Assembly (NCBI GenBank): GCA_900315885.1
Contig: ONAT01000005.1
Coordinates: 1,068-65,067 of the forward strand
Reading direction: 5' to 3'
Source: an uncultured Erysipelotrichaceae bacterium
GTDB lineage: Bacteria; Bacillota_I; Bacilli_A; RFN20; CAG-826
Length of the DNA: 64,000 nt
The notes under the pieces are model-generated. The model did no database searches, was not told where the DNA came from, and worked only from the letters and a program-made list of their open reading frames with translations. Of the stretch, positions 9,706-19,901 are shown piece after piece. The position numbers and the translations under genes are program-made. Within the stretch, counting starts at the first letter, position 1; the number at the start of each line of letters is the position of its first letter.

Positions 9706-10388
9706 TGAATCTTGATGTTTATTTTGAAGACCTTCATATTACTAATTTAGTGGAACTAGGCCAAAATATGTATTTATATCCTGATTTAGCTTTTAGCTTA
9801 ATCTTACGTGATGATTTCCAAGAGGCTTTAAGACAAGAAGAACCATTAATATATCAAAGGTTTGAAGAACTTAAAGATATTGAAGATGATGACATTTTTG
9901 TTTTTAAAGTAAGTTATTTGTTTTGCCCATATATGACTTTGCGTTATCACAAATATCGATTTGATAAATTAGAAGATTTAGGTAATAAAATGATTAATTT
10001 TGGACCGACAATAGATGTCTATTTAGAAGACTTATTAAAAAATCATCTAATTTCTTATGTGTTTGAACTTCAAGGTCTTAACACAATTAGCAAAGAAAGT
10101 TATCGCTACATCAAAGAAGCGGAGAGATTATATTTAACAAATCGTACGCGCGCATATTTTAAATTAGCCTTTAATTTATCAAAATTAAATGTTTTAGTGT
10201 ATAATGGAAGAGCGTATGTAAATCCGAAATCTTTTTTAGAAGCCATGACGAACGATGTAAATATTACTAAGTTCGCTCTTGAATTTGAAGAAAACGATTA
10301 TTTCTTTGCTTGGCTTGATTATCTTGGCTATCAAAAAAGGATTGAAAGATTTTATAATCTTGTTAATTATATTGATGAAAGGAAATAA
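9705..10388 (+). CDS. Hypothetical protein
   Basis: GGAGG RBS; TAATG stop/start overlap with the upstream gene. Confidence 0.75.
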   Translation: MNLDVYFEDLHITNLVELGQNMYLYPDLAFSLILRDDFQEALRQEEPLIYQRFEELKDIEDDDIFVFKVSYLFCPYMTLRYHKYRFDKLEDLGNKMINFGPTIDVYLEDLLKNHLISYVFELQGLNTISKESYRYIKEAERLYLTNRTRAYFKLAFNLSKLNVLVYNGRAYVNPKSFLEAMTNDVNITKFALEFEENDYFFAWLDYLGYQKRIERFYNLVNYIDERK

Positions 10389-10392
10389 AAAA

Positions 10393-12105
10393 ATGAGTAT
10401 TATTGAAGAAAATTATCAAAGATGGCTTGCTTCACCAGTCGTGGATGAAAAAACAAAAGAAGAAATCCGCAAAATGAGTGAAAGTGAGAAAAGCGATGCG
10501 TTTTTTAAAGATGCAGAATTTGGAACAGCAGGTATGCGTGGCATTTTAGGTCCAGGCACAAATAGATTAAATATTTTTACTGTTCGTAAGTCTACCATAG
10601 CATTTGGCAAATATCTTATTGAGAAATTCAAAAAAGAAGGTAAAAAACGCGGAGTAGTTATTTCACATGACAATAGATTTATGTCTCGTGAATTTACTCT
10701 AGATACGGCAAAAACATTAAATAAAATGGGTATTAATACTTATATATTTGATAGTTTAAGACCAACTCCAGAATTATCCTTTGCAGTAAGAGAAATGCAT
10801 GCAGTCGGAGGCGTAATGATTACGGCTTCTCATAATCCAAAAGAATATAATGGTTATAAGGTATATGATGAAAATGGTTGTCAATTAGTGCCATATCGTA
10901 TTGAAAGACTATTAGAGATTTTAGCAGAATTACCAGATGAATTATCAGTTCATATTGATGAAGCAAAAGTGCCAGGAGTTAACACTGTTCTAACTAGCGA
11001 GATAGACGATAAATATGTTGATGCGGTATTAGGTATTAGATTAAATCCCGATTTAGACAAAAAAGGATTTAAAGTTGTTTATACTCCTCAACATGGTACA
11101 AGTTTTATTCCTGCAATGAAAATGTTTGAAAAAGCAGGATATAAAGATAATATTTTCCCAGTTGAAAAGCAATGTACGCCAGATCCAAACTTCTCTAATA
11201 CTTTATCACCAAATCCAGAAGTAAAAGATGCTTACATTGAGCCAATCAAATTAGCAAAAGAAATTTCAGCAGATTTAATTGTTATGACTGATCCAGACGC
11301 TGATCGTGTCGGTGTCGCATTTAAAAACAAAAATGGTGAATACGAGTTATTAACAGGTAACCAATCAGGTGGGCTTTTAATTGACTATATCTTAGGACAA
11401 AGAAAAGCAAAAGGATTGTTATCTAATAATGGTGTTATGTATAACACAATTGTTACATCAACTTTTGGTACAAAAATCGCAAAAAGTTATGGCGTAAAAA
11501 CTGTTTCATTATTAACAGGATTTAAGTTTATTGGTGATGCTATTGACTTAGCATTGAAAAATAATGGCCCACATTATGAATTTGGCTATGAAGAATCATA
11601 TGGTTGCCTTATCGCTCCATTCGCTCGTGATAAAGATGCACAACAAGCCCTTTTAATGCTTGTAGAAATGACTTTGTTCCATTTAAGAGAAGGCAAAACT
11701 TTAGATGTTGTAATGGATGAATTACAACAAAAATTTAATTATTACAATGATACACAATTCTCAATTTTCTTCCCTGGTTCAGAAGGACCAAGCAAGATGT
11801 CTAAATTGATGGATGAATTGCGTGGTAATATTAGTGATATAGCTGGTTACAAAGTGACACGTGTCGAAGATTATGAAAAAGGTATTGCTAAAAACGCAGA
11901 TGGCACGACTGAAAAATTAACTTTGCCAGTATCTAATGTTTTAAAGTTCTTCTTAGGCGAAGATATAATGATTAGTATTCGTCCTAGTGGTACAGAACCA
12001 AAATGTAAATTCTACTATGGCACGAATGCTAAAGACAAAGAAGAAGTAAAGACTTTACCAAGTAAACTTCATGAAGATTTATTGAAGAAAATTGGATTAA
12101 AATAA
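10393..12105 (+). CDS. pgm: Phosphoglucomutase/phosphomannomutase
   Basis: FGTAGMRG, catalytic TASHNP, metal loop DPDADR, GYEES, RPSGTEPK. Confidence 0.95.
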   Translation: MSIIEENYQRWLASPVVDEKTKEEIRKMSESEKSDAFFKDAEFGTAGMRGILGPGTNRLNIFTVRKSTIAFGKYLIEKFKKEGKKRGVVISHDNRFMSREFTLDTAKTLNKMGINTYIFDSLRPTPELSFAVREMHAVGGVMITASHNPKEYNGYKVYDENGCQLVPYRIERLLEILAELPDELSVHIDEAKVPGVNTVLTSEIDDKYVDAVLGIRLNPDLDKKGFKVVYTPQHGTSFIPAMKMFEKAGYKDNIFPVEKQCTPDPNFSNTLSPNPEVKDAYIEPIKLAKEISADLIVMTDPDADRVGVAFKNKNGEYELLTGNQSGGLLIDYILGQRKAKGLLSNNGVMYNTIVTSTFGTKIAKSYGVKTVSLLTGFKFIGDAIDLALKNNGPHYEFGYEESYGCLIAPFARDKDAQQALLMLVEMTLFHLREGKTLDVVMDELQQKFNYYNDTQFSIFFPGSEGPSKMSKLMDELRGNISDIAGYKVTRVEDYEKGIAKNADGTTEKLTLPVSNVLKFFLGEDIMISIRPSGTEPKCKFYYGTNAKDKEEVKTLPSKLHEDLLKKIGLK

Positions 12106-12189
12106 CATACTTAACAAATTAAGCAATCGAGAATTACCGCAGTTCCCATAGGGAATTTTAGGTAAAGGCGCAATGTTCAGAGTCAGGCG

Positions 12190-12415
12190 TAGCGGAATGC
12201 CACGCCTTTTCTCTTGCTGTTTGTCGGCTTCAATCATCTTTGTCGGTGAGTTCGTTGCCCCATATCGGATGGTCGATTGCTCTGACGAAATTGTAAAAGA
12301 TTTCTACCGTTTGTCTGTAATGTCCGTCGATTTTCGTCTTTTCGTGAACAACGACTTTTTCGATGAACGCGCGCAGTATTTCGGGTGTGAGTTCTTCAAA
12401 ACTATTATACTTTCT
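12190..12415 (-). pseudogene. C-terminal remnant of a large serine recombinase (DUF4368-like)
   Basis: Minus frame RKYNSFEELTPEILRAFIEKVVVHEKTKIDGHYRQTVEIFYNFV matches the C-terminal pattern of TnpX-like recombinases; no start codon or catalytic domain. Confidence 0.8.
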
Positions 12416-12797
12416 TTTTGTCGTACTTAAATTAACACTTTATACATCAATAATATACTATTGATTGCCTTTCTTCAAATGATCTATAAAAAAAAATGCA
12501 ATTACAACTTTTTTAATTTTCATCATTTTTTTTGAAGTTAATAATTGCATTTTTATCTCATACGTTTGTTTTTGAAGCTAATAATTTTTTGAGAACATAA
12601 CAATCCGTATTCAGTGAACGGCAAGAATTATGTCATGGTTGCCGATGAAAGCCGGAAGTTGACGCTTTCCGAACTTATGATATTTTTTTTAGACTAATTT
12701 ACTCTGCGTTGATGTTTGAAGTTTCAACTTTGATTGCCTGAGTATGAGTATTCGAAACCTTTATGATTGTTATCAAAAGACCTTCATACGCAAAAGA

Positions 12798-13995
12798 TTA
12801 TCCCTCGCATGGTATTTTATTACATTTTTCAATAATCCACCCGTTAACGGTAGTAGATTCGGAGGTATCGTCGGGAGAAAGATTAAAAAAATCAAAGAAA
12901 TTGTCAATAGAAATAGAAGTGTTTATATGATAAGTTGTATCGTTTTCTTTGTATATCAATTCTATCGGTTTGTCTTTTTCATCCCAAATTTCGCCAACAA
13001 GTTCTTCTAAAATATCTTCCATCGTAACAATACCCGCAGTCATTTCGTACCTGTCTATAAGAATTGCAATATGCGTGTGCATTTTTTGCATTTCTTTGAA
13101 CAATAAATCCAAGCGTTTTGTTTTCGAAACAAACATAGGCGGTTTCAAAATCTGTGACAATTCGAATCAAGGCTATTCGCGATTCAAAAGAAATTCCCGC
13201 GTATATAAAATGCCGATGATATTGTCAACGTCGCCCGAATAAACGGAAATACGGGAATAATTTTTTGTTTGAATTTCTTCCATAATTTTATCGTCCGAAA
13301 TAGTATCCGGTATGCATGAAACACACATTTTAGGCGTCATTACGTCTTCCACCATCATTCCGTCGAGTTTGAATACGTTCTTTATATATCTTATATCTTC
13401 TTTATCCAAAGTTCATTCATCGCCGCCGGCATCCAGCATTAAAACAATATCTTCTTCCGACACGGTTTCATTATCATCTTTCGGGTTTACCCCTAACAAA
13501 AGCAGAACCGCATTTGTGGAAACACTTAAAAACCAGATAATCGGTTTTAAGATGATTGTTAAAAAAGTAATTATACCACACGCGGTGTCTGCAAGTTTCT
13601 CTTTATGTTTCATTGCCCACCGTTTAGGAACAAGTTCTCCTAATACAAGCGTAAAATATGACAATATCAAAGTAATCAGAATTACCGAAACGATATTGAT
13701 AACGTCTGCATTCTGAGATGATATATTAAATGGTTTTATAAGCCGTTCCGAAAGCCCTTTTGCAAAGTTATCTGCCGCAAATGCAGAGCCGAGAAATCCC
13801 GCAAGCGTAACCCCGAATTGTATTGTGGAAAGAAATTTCGTCGATTCTTTTATTGTTTTCAATAGTTTCACAGCTTTTTTATTACCGTCGTTTGCGCGGG
13901 ACTTTACTTTTTTTCGTTCAAAGATAGGATTGCAATTTCTGTCGCGGCAAAAAAGTGTTGAGTAGAATAAGTACTAATTGCAAAAGCAATCAGTA
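12798..13995 (-). pseudogene. Hemolysin-family/CNNM (HlyC/CorC) CBS-domain transporter, inactivated
   Basis: Fragments FLSTIQFGVTLAG / LGELVPKRWA / VMTP...YSRISVY / GIVTMEDILEELVGEIWDE, separated by in-frame stops (GGDE*TLDK; NRE*P*FEL) and a 5' frameshift. Confidence 0.9.
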
Positions 13996-14072
13996 AAATG
14001 TATCTATGTAATATGTAAGTTCTTCTTATAATATGCAAACCGAATGTTATCTTGACGGCTTAAATTCAATGT

Positions 14073-14774
14073 TTAATCGTCAATCTTTATCATTCTGTAC
14101 CCGATGCCGACGTGAGTTTGAATATATTGCGGCGAATCGGCGGACGGTTCGATTTTTTTGCGCAAAGTCGCCATAAATACGCGCAGGGAAGCAACATTGC
14201 TTTCCCATGCCGCACCCCATATTTTTTGTGTAATGAAAGTATGAGTAAGCACTTTTCCGACGTTTTTTGACAATAAGCATAGTAGTTTGTATTCGATAGG
14301 GGTAAGGTGGAGTTCTTCGCTGCTTAAATATGCACAACCTGCGCCATAATCTATTTTCAGATTTCCGTTGACAAAAACCGATTCGGATTTGTTTGTCGAT
14401 TGTATTGCAAGAAGCCTTCTTTTCGTAACACGGATTCTTGCAAGCAATTCTTCGACGGAAAACGGTTTTGTTAGATAATCGTCCGCTCCGGCATCGAGCG
14501 CGTCGATTTTGTCCTTGTCTTCGGCGCGAGCGCTGATTACGATAATAGGCATTTCCGACCAGGAGCGTATTTTTCTGATAACGTCCACGCCGTCGATATC
14601 CGGCAAACCCAAATCGAGCAAAACAACATCCGGATTGTGCGAAGATGCCTGCATAATGGCGTTTTCTCCATTTGTTGCGGTAATATAATCGTAGCCGTGA
14701 GTTTTCAAAGTTATTCCGATAAGATTACGGACGGGCGTGTCGTCTTCCACGACTAAAATCAGTAAGTTATTCAT
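14073..14774 (-). CDS. kdpE: KdpE-type response regulator (OmpR family)
   Basis: VVEDD, LLDLGLPDIDG, GADDYLTKPF, wHTH 'LRVFMATLRKKIE...YIQTHVGIGY'. Confidence 0.9.
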   Translation of the reverse strand: MNNLLILVVEDDTPVRNLIGITLKTHGYDYITATNGENAIMQASSHNPDVVLLDLGLPDIDGVDVIRKIRSWSEMPIIVISARAEDKDKIDALDAGADDYLTKPFSVEELLARIRVTKRRLLAIQSTNKSESVFVNGNLKIDYGAGCAYLSSEELHLTPIEYKLLCLLSKNVGKVLTHTFITQKIWGAAWESNVASLRVFMATLRKKIEPSADSPQYIQTHVGIGYRMIKIDD

Positions 14775-16722
14775 AAATTTCCACCTCCCCGACATGCAAT
14801 GTAAAGGTAAATATCGCGCCGTGCGGAACGTTGTCGGTTATCGTTATTTCTCCGCCGTGTGCGTTTATGATGGATTTACACAACGAAAGTCCCAACCCGA
14901 TGCTGCGACGACAATCGGCAATTTTATTTGCTCCTGTATAAAACATATCGAACACCCGCGATTTTTGTTCGTTTGCAATTCCGTTTCCGTTATCCGCTAC
15001 GCTTATGCAAACCATACTTCCGCTTCTTTTTGCGGTAATCGTAATTTGCGAATCGTGTGGTGTGTACTTGATGGCATTGTCTAAAAGATTGATTAAAACC
15101 TGCACGATAAGTCGGGCATCCATTTTTGCAAGAAGCAGGTCATCGGGCTGTATTACGATAATTTTTTGTTTTTCGCTTTTCGTATGAATATGTTTCAACG
15201 CTTCGGCTATTACATCGCCGACAAGTTCCGTTGTCAAATTTATATTCATTCTGCCTTCTTCAAGGCGCGTTACCGCAAGCAAATTTTCAACCAGATTGAT
15301 AAGCCAAAGCGAATCGTCGTAAATATCTTCGTATATTTGTTTTTTTGTCGCGTCGTCAATATCGTTGCCGTTTGAAATCAGATTGCTCGCATTGCCCGAA
15401 ATGGAAGTGAGCGGAGTCCGTAAATCGTGCGATATGGAACGAAGAAGATTTGCGCGCAACTGTTCGTTTTTTGCCAATACGGCGGCGCGTTCTCTTTCTT
15501 TGGCGTTTATGATTCCGTCAATTGCGATTGCGCATTCGCCGATAACGGAAACCACAATGCTTTCATTAAAAGAATCAATCGGTTTTTCTCCGACGAAAAT
15601 GCCTATTGCTCCATAGTTTTTGCCGTTTTTGCATATCGGGAAAAACGTATAGTCGCTTTCAGGACAAATATCCGTGCCTTTCCCTTCTTTTACGTTGTTT
15701 TTCGTTACTTGCAGAACTACTTGCTCGCAGTAGGGCGGTATGGCGGAAGAGTCGGTTTCCGTAGACGAAGTATATGTTTTTTGCGCTTTATCATCAAATA
15801 CAATTACCTTTCGGTTTAACAATCGTTGTAATTGATTCGCCGTAACCTGAAATATCTCCGTTTCGTCGGACGCTTTCTGGATCAACTGATTCGCATCGAA
15901 CAGAATTTTCATTCTGTATGCTGTTTGAGTTGCTTGACGCTCTCGAGCTTTCAGTTTTTCTGTTGTTCCACCGATGACAAGAGACGCCGCAAGCATAATT
16001 GCGAAAGTAACGGGATAGCCGTTTCCGTATGCTAAAAACGAAAATCTCGGTTCGGTAAAAAGGAAATTGAACACAAGAACACTCGCAATAGATGATAAAA
16101 CCCAGCAAATTTTACTTTCGGTGAAAGTTGCGATAAGCAGTACGCCGAGGATATATACCGTAATTATGTTAGCATCGGTAAATCCTAAGCGAGAAAATAA
16201 ATAGCCGAACAAAGAAGATAACAGAAGTACAACGAATGAAATTATCAATCCTTTCAGTAACTTTGAAAAACTCGGTTTTTCAAACAGTTTTTCCTTTCTT
16301 TCGGATATGACGACATCGCTGTCGGGAATGATGTGTATATCGACATGTGGAGCAAGCGATATCAATTTTTCCGTTAAAGTTTGTTTGCCTATAAAGCGTC
16401 GCTTACCGATAATGGTTCGCCCGATTACTATTTTCGTAACGCCGGAAAGACGCGCGTATTCCGCAATCTGAAAAGCAATGTCGTCCCCGCATACGGTAAC
16501 TATCGACGCTCCGTTCGTTTCTGCAAAATGAATATTTGCAAGCAACCGTTCCGTATCATCCGTTGTCATAGATTCAGACGCGGGAGTTTTTACATATAAT
16601 GCGGAAAAGGCCGCATTGAACGCCTTTGCCATGGCTGCCGCTGTTTGAATTATTTTCGTGTTTGAAGGCGCGGAAGACAAACAAACCAGTATGTGTTCTT
16701 TGTTTATATACTGTTTTTTCAT
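14767..16722 (-). CDS. kdpD: KdpD-like sensor kinase lacking the N-terminal KdpD domain (USP-TM-GAF-HisKA-HATPase)
   Basis: Starts at USP 'EHILVCLSSAPSN'; TM 'FNFLFTEPRFSF'; 'EQLRANLLRSISHDLRTPL'; NAIKY; DNGNG; GLGL. Confidence 0.9.
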   Translation of the reverse strand: MKKQYINKEHILVCLSSAPSNTKIIQTAAAMAKAFNAAFSALYVKTPASESMTTDDTERLLANIHFAETNGASIVTVCGDDIAFQIAEYARLSGVTKIVIGRTIIGKRRFIGKQTLTEKLISLAPHVDIHIIPDSDVVISERKEKLFEKPSFSKLLKGLIISFVVLLLSSLFGYLFSRLGFTDANIITVYILGVLLIATFTESKICWVLSSIASVLVFNFLFTEPRFSFLAYGNGYPVTFAIMLAASLVIGGTTEKLKARERQATQTAYRMKILFDANQLIQKASDETEIFQVTANQLQRLLNRKVIVFDDKAQKTYTSSTETDSSAIPPYCEQVVLQVTKNNVKEGKGTDICPESDYTFFPICKNGKNYGAIGIFVGEKPIDSFNESIVVSVIGECAIAIDGIINAKERERAAVLAKNEQLRANLLRSISHDLRTPLTSISGNASNLISNGNDIDDATKKQIYEDIYDDSLWLINLVENLLAVTRLEEGRMNINLTTELVGDVIAEALKHIHTKSEKQKIIVIQPDDLLLAKMDARLIVQVLINLLDNAIKYTPHDSQITITAKRSGSMVCISVADNGNGIANEQKSRVFDMFYTGANKIADCRRSIGLGLSLCKSIINAHGGEITITDNVPHGAIFTFTLHVGEVEIYE

Positions 16723-16786
16723 TTGACCGACACGTATCTCCTTCGTTTTTTATTTCATATATTGTAGCAGATTTTTTGAATAAAAT

Positions 16787-17073
16787 CTACTTGAAACGAC
16801 TTTTGTAATCGTTTAAAGTGTCGGTCAACTCACGATTATCTCCGTCAAACATAACAATAGCGACTTTTTTATGGTGTTTTTTGAAATCCTCAATCTCGGA
16901 AATCGTATTCTCATAGTTTTCCGTGTCTATGAATTTGAGCGGACTGTCTTTTTCTTCTTGTTCCTTTTCAATTGATTTTCTGTTTTCTTCCAAGAAGACG
17001 TCAAGCCTTTTCATAATAAAAAAGCCGACAATCATACCGCCGCTACTGCAATAATAAGTATTACGTCTTCCAT
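16787..17073 (-). pseudogene. Small membrane-anchored hypothetical protein, apparently frameshifted near its start
   Basis: ATG 17073 (MEDVILIIAVAAV) is out of frame with the 16787..17035 ORF (MIVGFFIMKRLDVFLEEN). Confidence 0.5.
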
Positions 17074-17097
17074 AAAAGTTACTTTCTTTTACGGCTG

Positions 17098-17751
17098 TTA
17101 AATATCAAAGCATTTTCGCATTGCTTTGTATTCCCCAAGAACTAAAAGCGTTTCGTCTTCGGAAAGAATCGTGTCGGCGGTAACAACGGCATTGATTTTT
17201 TCGTTTTTCTTTGTGGCGATGATACTTACATTGTATTTTCTGCGAATGTCGATTTCTACGACCGATTTTCCGATCCACGCCGACGGAACGGAAACTTCAA
17301 AGATTGAGAAGGAATCACCGAGCTCCATGTAATCAAGAATATTGTCGGAACTATAACGGATTGCCGCCCATGTGGCAAGTTGTTTTTCCGGATAAATAAT
17401 TTCGTCCGCACCATTGCGCAGAAGAAATTTTGCCTGAACGTCCTGTTCTGCACGCGATACAACCTTTTGCGCACCCAATTCTTTTAATAAACAGGTTGTT
17501 TCGAGAGAACTTTGAAAGTTCCCGCCGATAGTTACAATGCAGACGTCGTAGTTTTTTACGCCGAGAGATTTCAGTAACGCTTCGTTTGTGCTGTCGCCGA
17601 TTTGCCCGTTCGTCACGTATGGCATAGCATCGTTAATTCTTTCTTCGTTTTCGTCTACCGCCATAATTTCATGTCCTAATTCATGTAATTTCATAGCGAT
17701 GTATTTTCCGAAACGTCCGAGACCTATCAATAAAATAGATTTTGTTTTCAT
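17098..17751 (-). CDS. ktrA: TrkA/KtrA potassium uptake regulatory (RCK) subunit
   Basis: MKTKSILLIGLGRFG Rossmann motif, RCK_N + RCK_C; AGGAGG RBS. Confidence 0.92.
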   Translation of the reverse strand: MKTKSILLIGLGRFGKYIAMKLHELGHEIMAVDENEERINDAMPYVTNGQIGDSTNEALLKSLGVKNYDVCIVTIGGNFQSSLETTCLLKELGAQKVVSRAEQDVQAKFLLRNGADEIIYPEKQLATWAAIRYSSDNILDYMELGDSFSIFEVSVPSAWIGKSVVEIDIRRKYNVSIIATKKNEKINAVVTADTILSEDETLLVLGEYKAMRKCFDI

Positions 17752-17765
17752 ATATAAGAACCTCC

Positions 17766-19094
17766 TTAACCGACTGCAATCGTATCTGTCGGCAATTTTG
17801 CCACTTGTTTCTTGTTCGTACCGAAAGTGGCATATATCAATGTCAATCCGCCGACGCGTCCAAAGAACATTGAAAAAATCAAAATCAATTTGGATGCAAT
17901 TCCGAGCGTCGGGGTAATTCCGAGCGTAAGCCCTACCGTTCCGACAGCGGAAGACGTTTCGTAAAGGCAAGACGTAATAGGCAAATTTTCAATTGCGCTT
18001 ATAGCCATTCCGCCAAATAGAAACAGGGTTATGTACATTATAAATATCGCCGAAGCTGTCTTAACCGTTTCATCGTCGACGCGCCTTTTCATAAGTTCCG
18101 CATTGTCTTTTTTTCTGAATACGGAAAAAGCGGAAGAAAATAAAACAGCTATCGTCGTCGTTTTCATACCGCCTGCGGTAGAACCTGGCGAACCGCCTAT
18201 CAACATAAGAATAATCATCAGGTATAATCCCGTATCGCTGATTGCCGTAAGATTTACAGTATTAAACCCTGCCGTCCTCGGCGTTACCGATTGAAACAAA
18301 GACGCAAGTATCCGCTCACCGACAGGTAAATCGCCGAATTCAAAAAAGAAGAAGTATATCGCGGGCAAAACAATAAGCGCGGCGGTTACAATCAATACCA
18401 CTTTGCTTTGCGTGCGATATTCTTTGATTCGCCACTTGTGTTTGCAAACGTCTTCCCATACAAGAAAACCGATACCGCCAATAATAATCAGCAACATAAT
18501 CGTAATGTTGATGATGGGTTGCGCGGAATAGTGCGTGATAGAAGTAAATTCTCCGCTTTTCGTTCCCATAATGTCGAACCCGGCGTTGCAGAACGCCGAT
18601 ACCGAATGAAAAATCGACAACCAAATACCTTCTGCGCCGTAATCGATACAAAATACGGGCATCATAATAAGCGCTCCGATAATTTCAATCAAAAATATAC
18701 CCTTGATAACAAATCCGGTCAAACGAACTATACCGCTTACATTTGGCGCAGAAATCGCATTTTTCATCGTTTCACGGCTGAACAGCCCGATTTTTTTGCC
18801 CGAAATAACGGCGAGAGACACGGCTATGGTAATAACACCCATGCCGCCGATTTGAATCAGTAGCAATATAACGATTTGCCCGAATATCGTCCAGTGCGTT
18901 GCCGTATCGAATACGATAAGGCCCGTTACGCATACGGCGGACGTCGAAGTAAAAAGAGCGTCGATAAAAGATGTCCATTCGTGAGTTTTTGACGAAATCG
19001 GCAATGTAATTAAAAATGCGCCGAATAAAATAACTCCCGCGAAGCCCAATAATATTATTTGAAAGGATGATAATTTCCTTTTTAGTATTCCCAT
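17766..19094 (-). CDS. ktrB: TrkH/KtrB potassium uptake membrane subunit
   Basis: SAVCVTGL, SAFCNAGF, PRTAGF, GGSPGSTAGGMK, SAVGTVGL, FFGRVG. Confidence 0.95.
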   Translation of the reverse strand: MGILKRKLSSFQIILLGFAGVILFGAFLITLPISSKTHEWTSFIDALFTSTSAVCVTGLIVFDTATHWTIFGQIVILLLIQIGGMGVITIAVSLAVISGKKIGLFSRETMKNAISAPNVSGIVRLTGFVIKGIFLIEIIGALIMMPVFCIDYGAEGIWLSIFHSVSAFCNAGFDIMGTKSGEFTSITHYSAQPIINITIMLLIIIGGIGFLVWEDVCKHKWRIKEYRTQSKVVLIVTAALIVLPAIYFFFFEFGDLPVGERILASLFQSVTPRTAGFNTVNLTAISDTGLYLMIILMLIGGSPGSTAGGMKTTTIAVLFSSAFSVFRKKDNAELMKRRVDDETVKTASAIFIMYITLFLFGGMAISAIENLPITSCLYETSSAVGTVGLTLGITPTLGIASKLILIFSMFFGRVGGLTLIYATFGTNKKQVAKLPTDTIAVG

Positions 19095-19140
19095 GCAAAA
19101 ACCTCCATTCCGTTTATCGATGTTATAATATCACGTTTTT

Positions 19141-19192
19141 CGTAAAGATGACATTAGGGTTCTTGCAGATGGTATTAAGATTGTATAAAGAT
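19141..19192 (-). promoter_or_regulatory. Candidate KdpE-binding direct repeats upstream of ktrB
   Basis: Minus strand ATCTTTATAC-A-ATCTTAATAC (11-bp period) plus ATCTTTAC; resembles the TTTATAC KdpE box. Confidence 0.55.
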
Positions 19193-19901
19193 TACAAGCA
19201 ATCTATATTCATCTTTTGTTATCGTTTGAAAGCGTAATTCTATAATTTAGTTTTAATAATTCCTATGGAAACTGCGCTTTCACTTGGTTGCTTTTTTATT
19301 GTTTGGAAAGAATGAAAACTTATGATAATATAATATTAGAGTAAGTAATTAAGTTTATAATTTAGAAACTAAAATAATAGAAAAGTATGGAATGGAGGGC
19401 GATTGCATATGGTTTTCTAAAAAATACATAGTTCTAATCATTCTTAGACGTGTTTTTGTTTTATAAAGATGAAGCCAAAACGAAGACTTTATATTGATTA
19501 TGATAAGTGTTTTATCAATTATTTGTGGGATTAATGAAAATAGATTTTATCAAGAGGAATTCCCATTAAGAACACTGAAGATTTTTGATAATGAATTTTG
19601 ACTTAGAAACGAAGCAAATGTATTAGCGGATTTAAAAGCAAACAATTCTCCATGTAGATATAGTTCTTGGCATTCTCCTTTTACGACAAAGACAATAAAC
19701 GAATTATAATTAAAATGTCTATTTTGGATTACTTTATAGTAACATTAGGATTATATGGTAAAAATATAAACTAAGAATAAGATAACAATTATTCGAGAAA
19801 AATTAGTTTTGAACTAAAACACGACTATTTAATAGGAACTCATGTTATTAATAAAATTATTAAAAGCTATTATACAAATGAGGGAGGTAAAGAATAGCAT
19901 T

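Larger units (their letters stand above)
12138..19276. mobile_element. Large-serine-recombinase (TnpX/Tn4451-like) integrative element, recombinase deleted, carrying a K+ uptake module
   Basis: Inverted arms CAGTTCCCATAGGGAATT (12140-12157) and AATTCCTATGGAAACTG (19258-19274), each next to a CG. The flanks rejoin into a terminator hairpin. Recombinase C-terminal remnant present; composition shift. Confidence 0.85.

Noticed and set aside
12173-12430. 85-aa plus-strand ORF
   Set aside because: Antisense shadow of the recombinase remnant
12492-12554. Inverted repeat AAAAATGCAATTA...TAATTGCATTTTT
   Set aside because: AT-rich with a long loop; cannot distinguish operator, MITE or chance
19410-19800. 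RBS plus ATG and short hydrophobic fragments right of the K+ element
   Set aside because: Too decayed to assign; multiple stops in all frames
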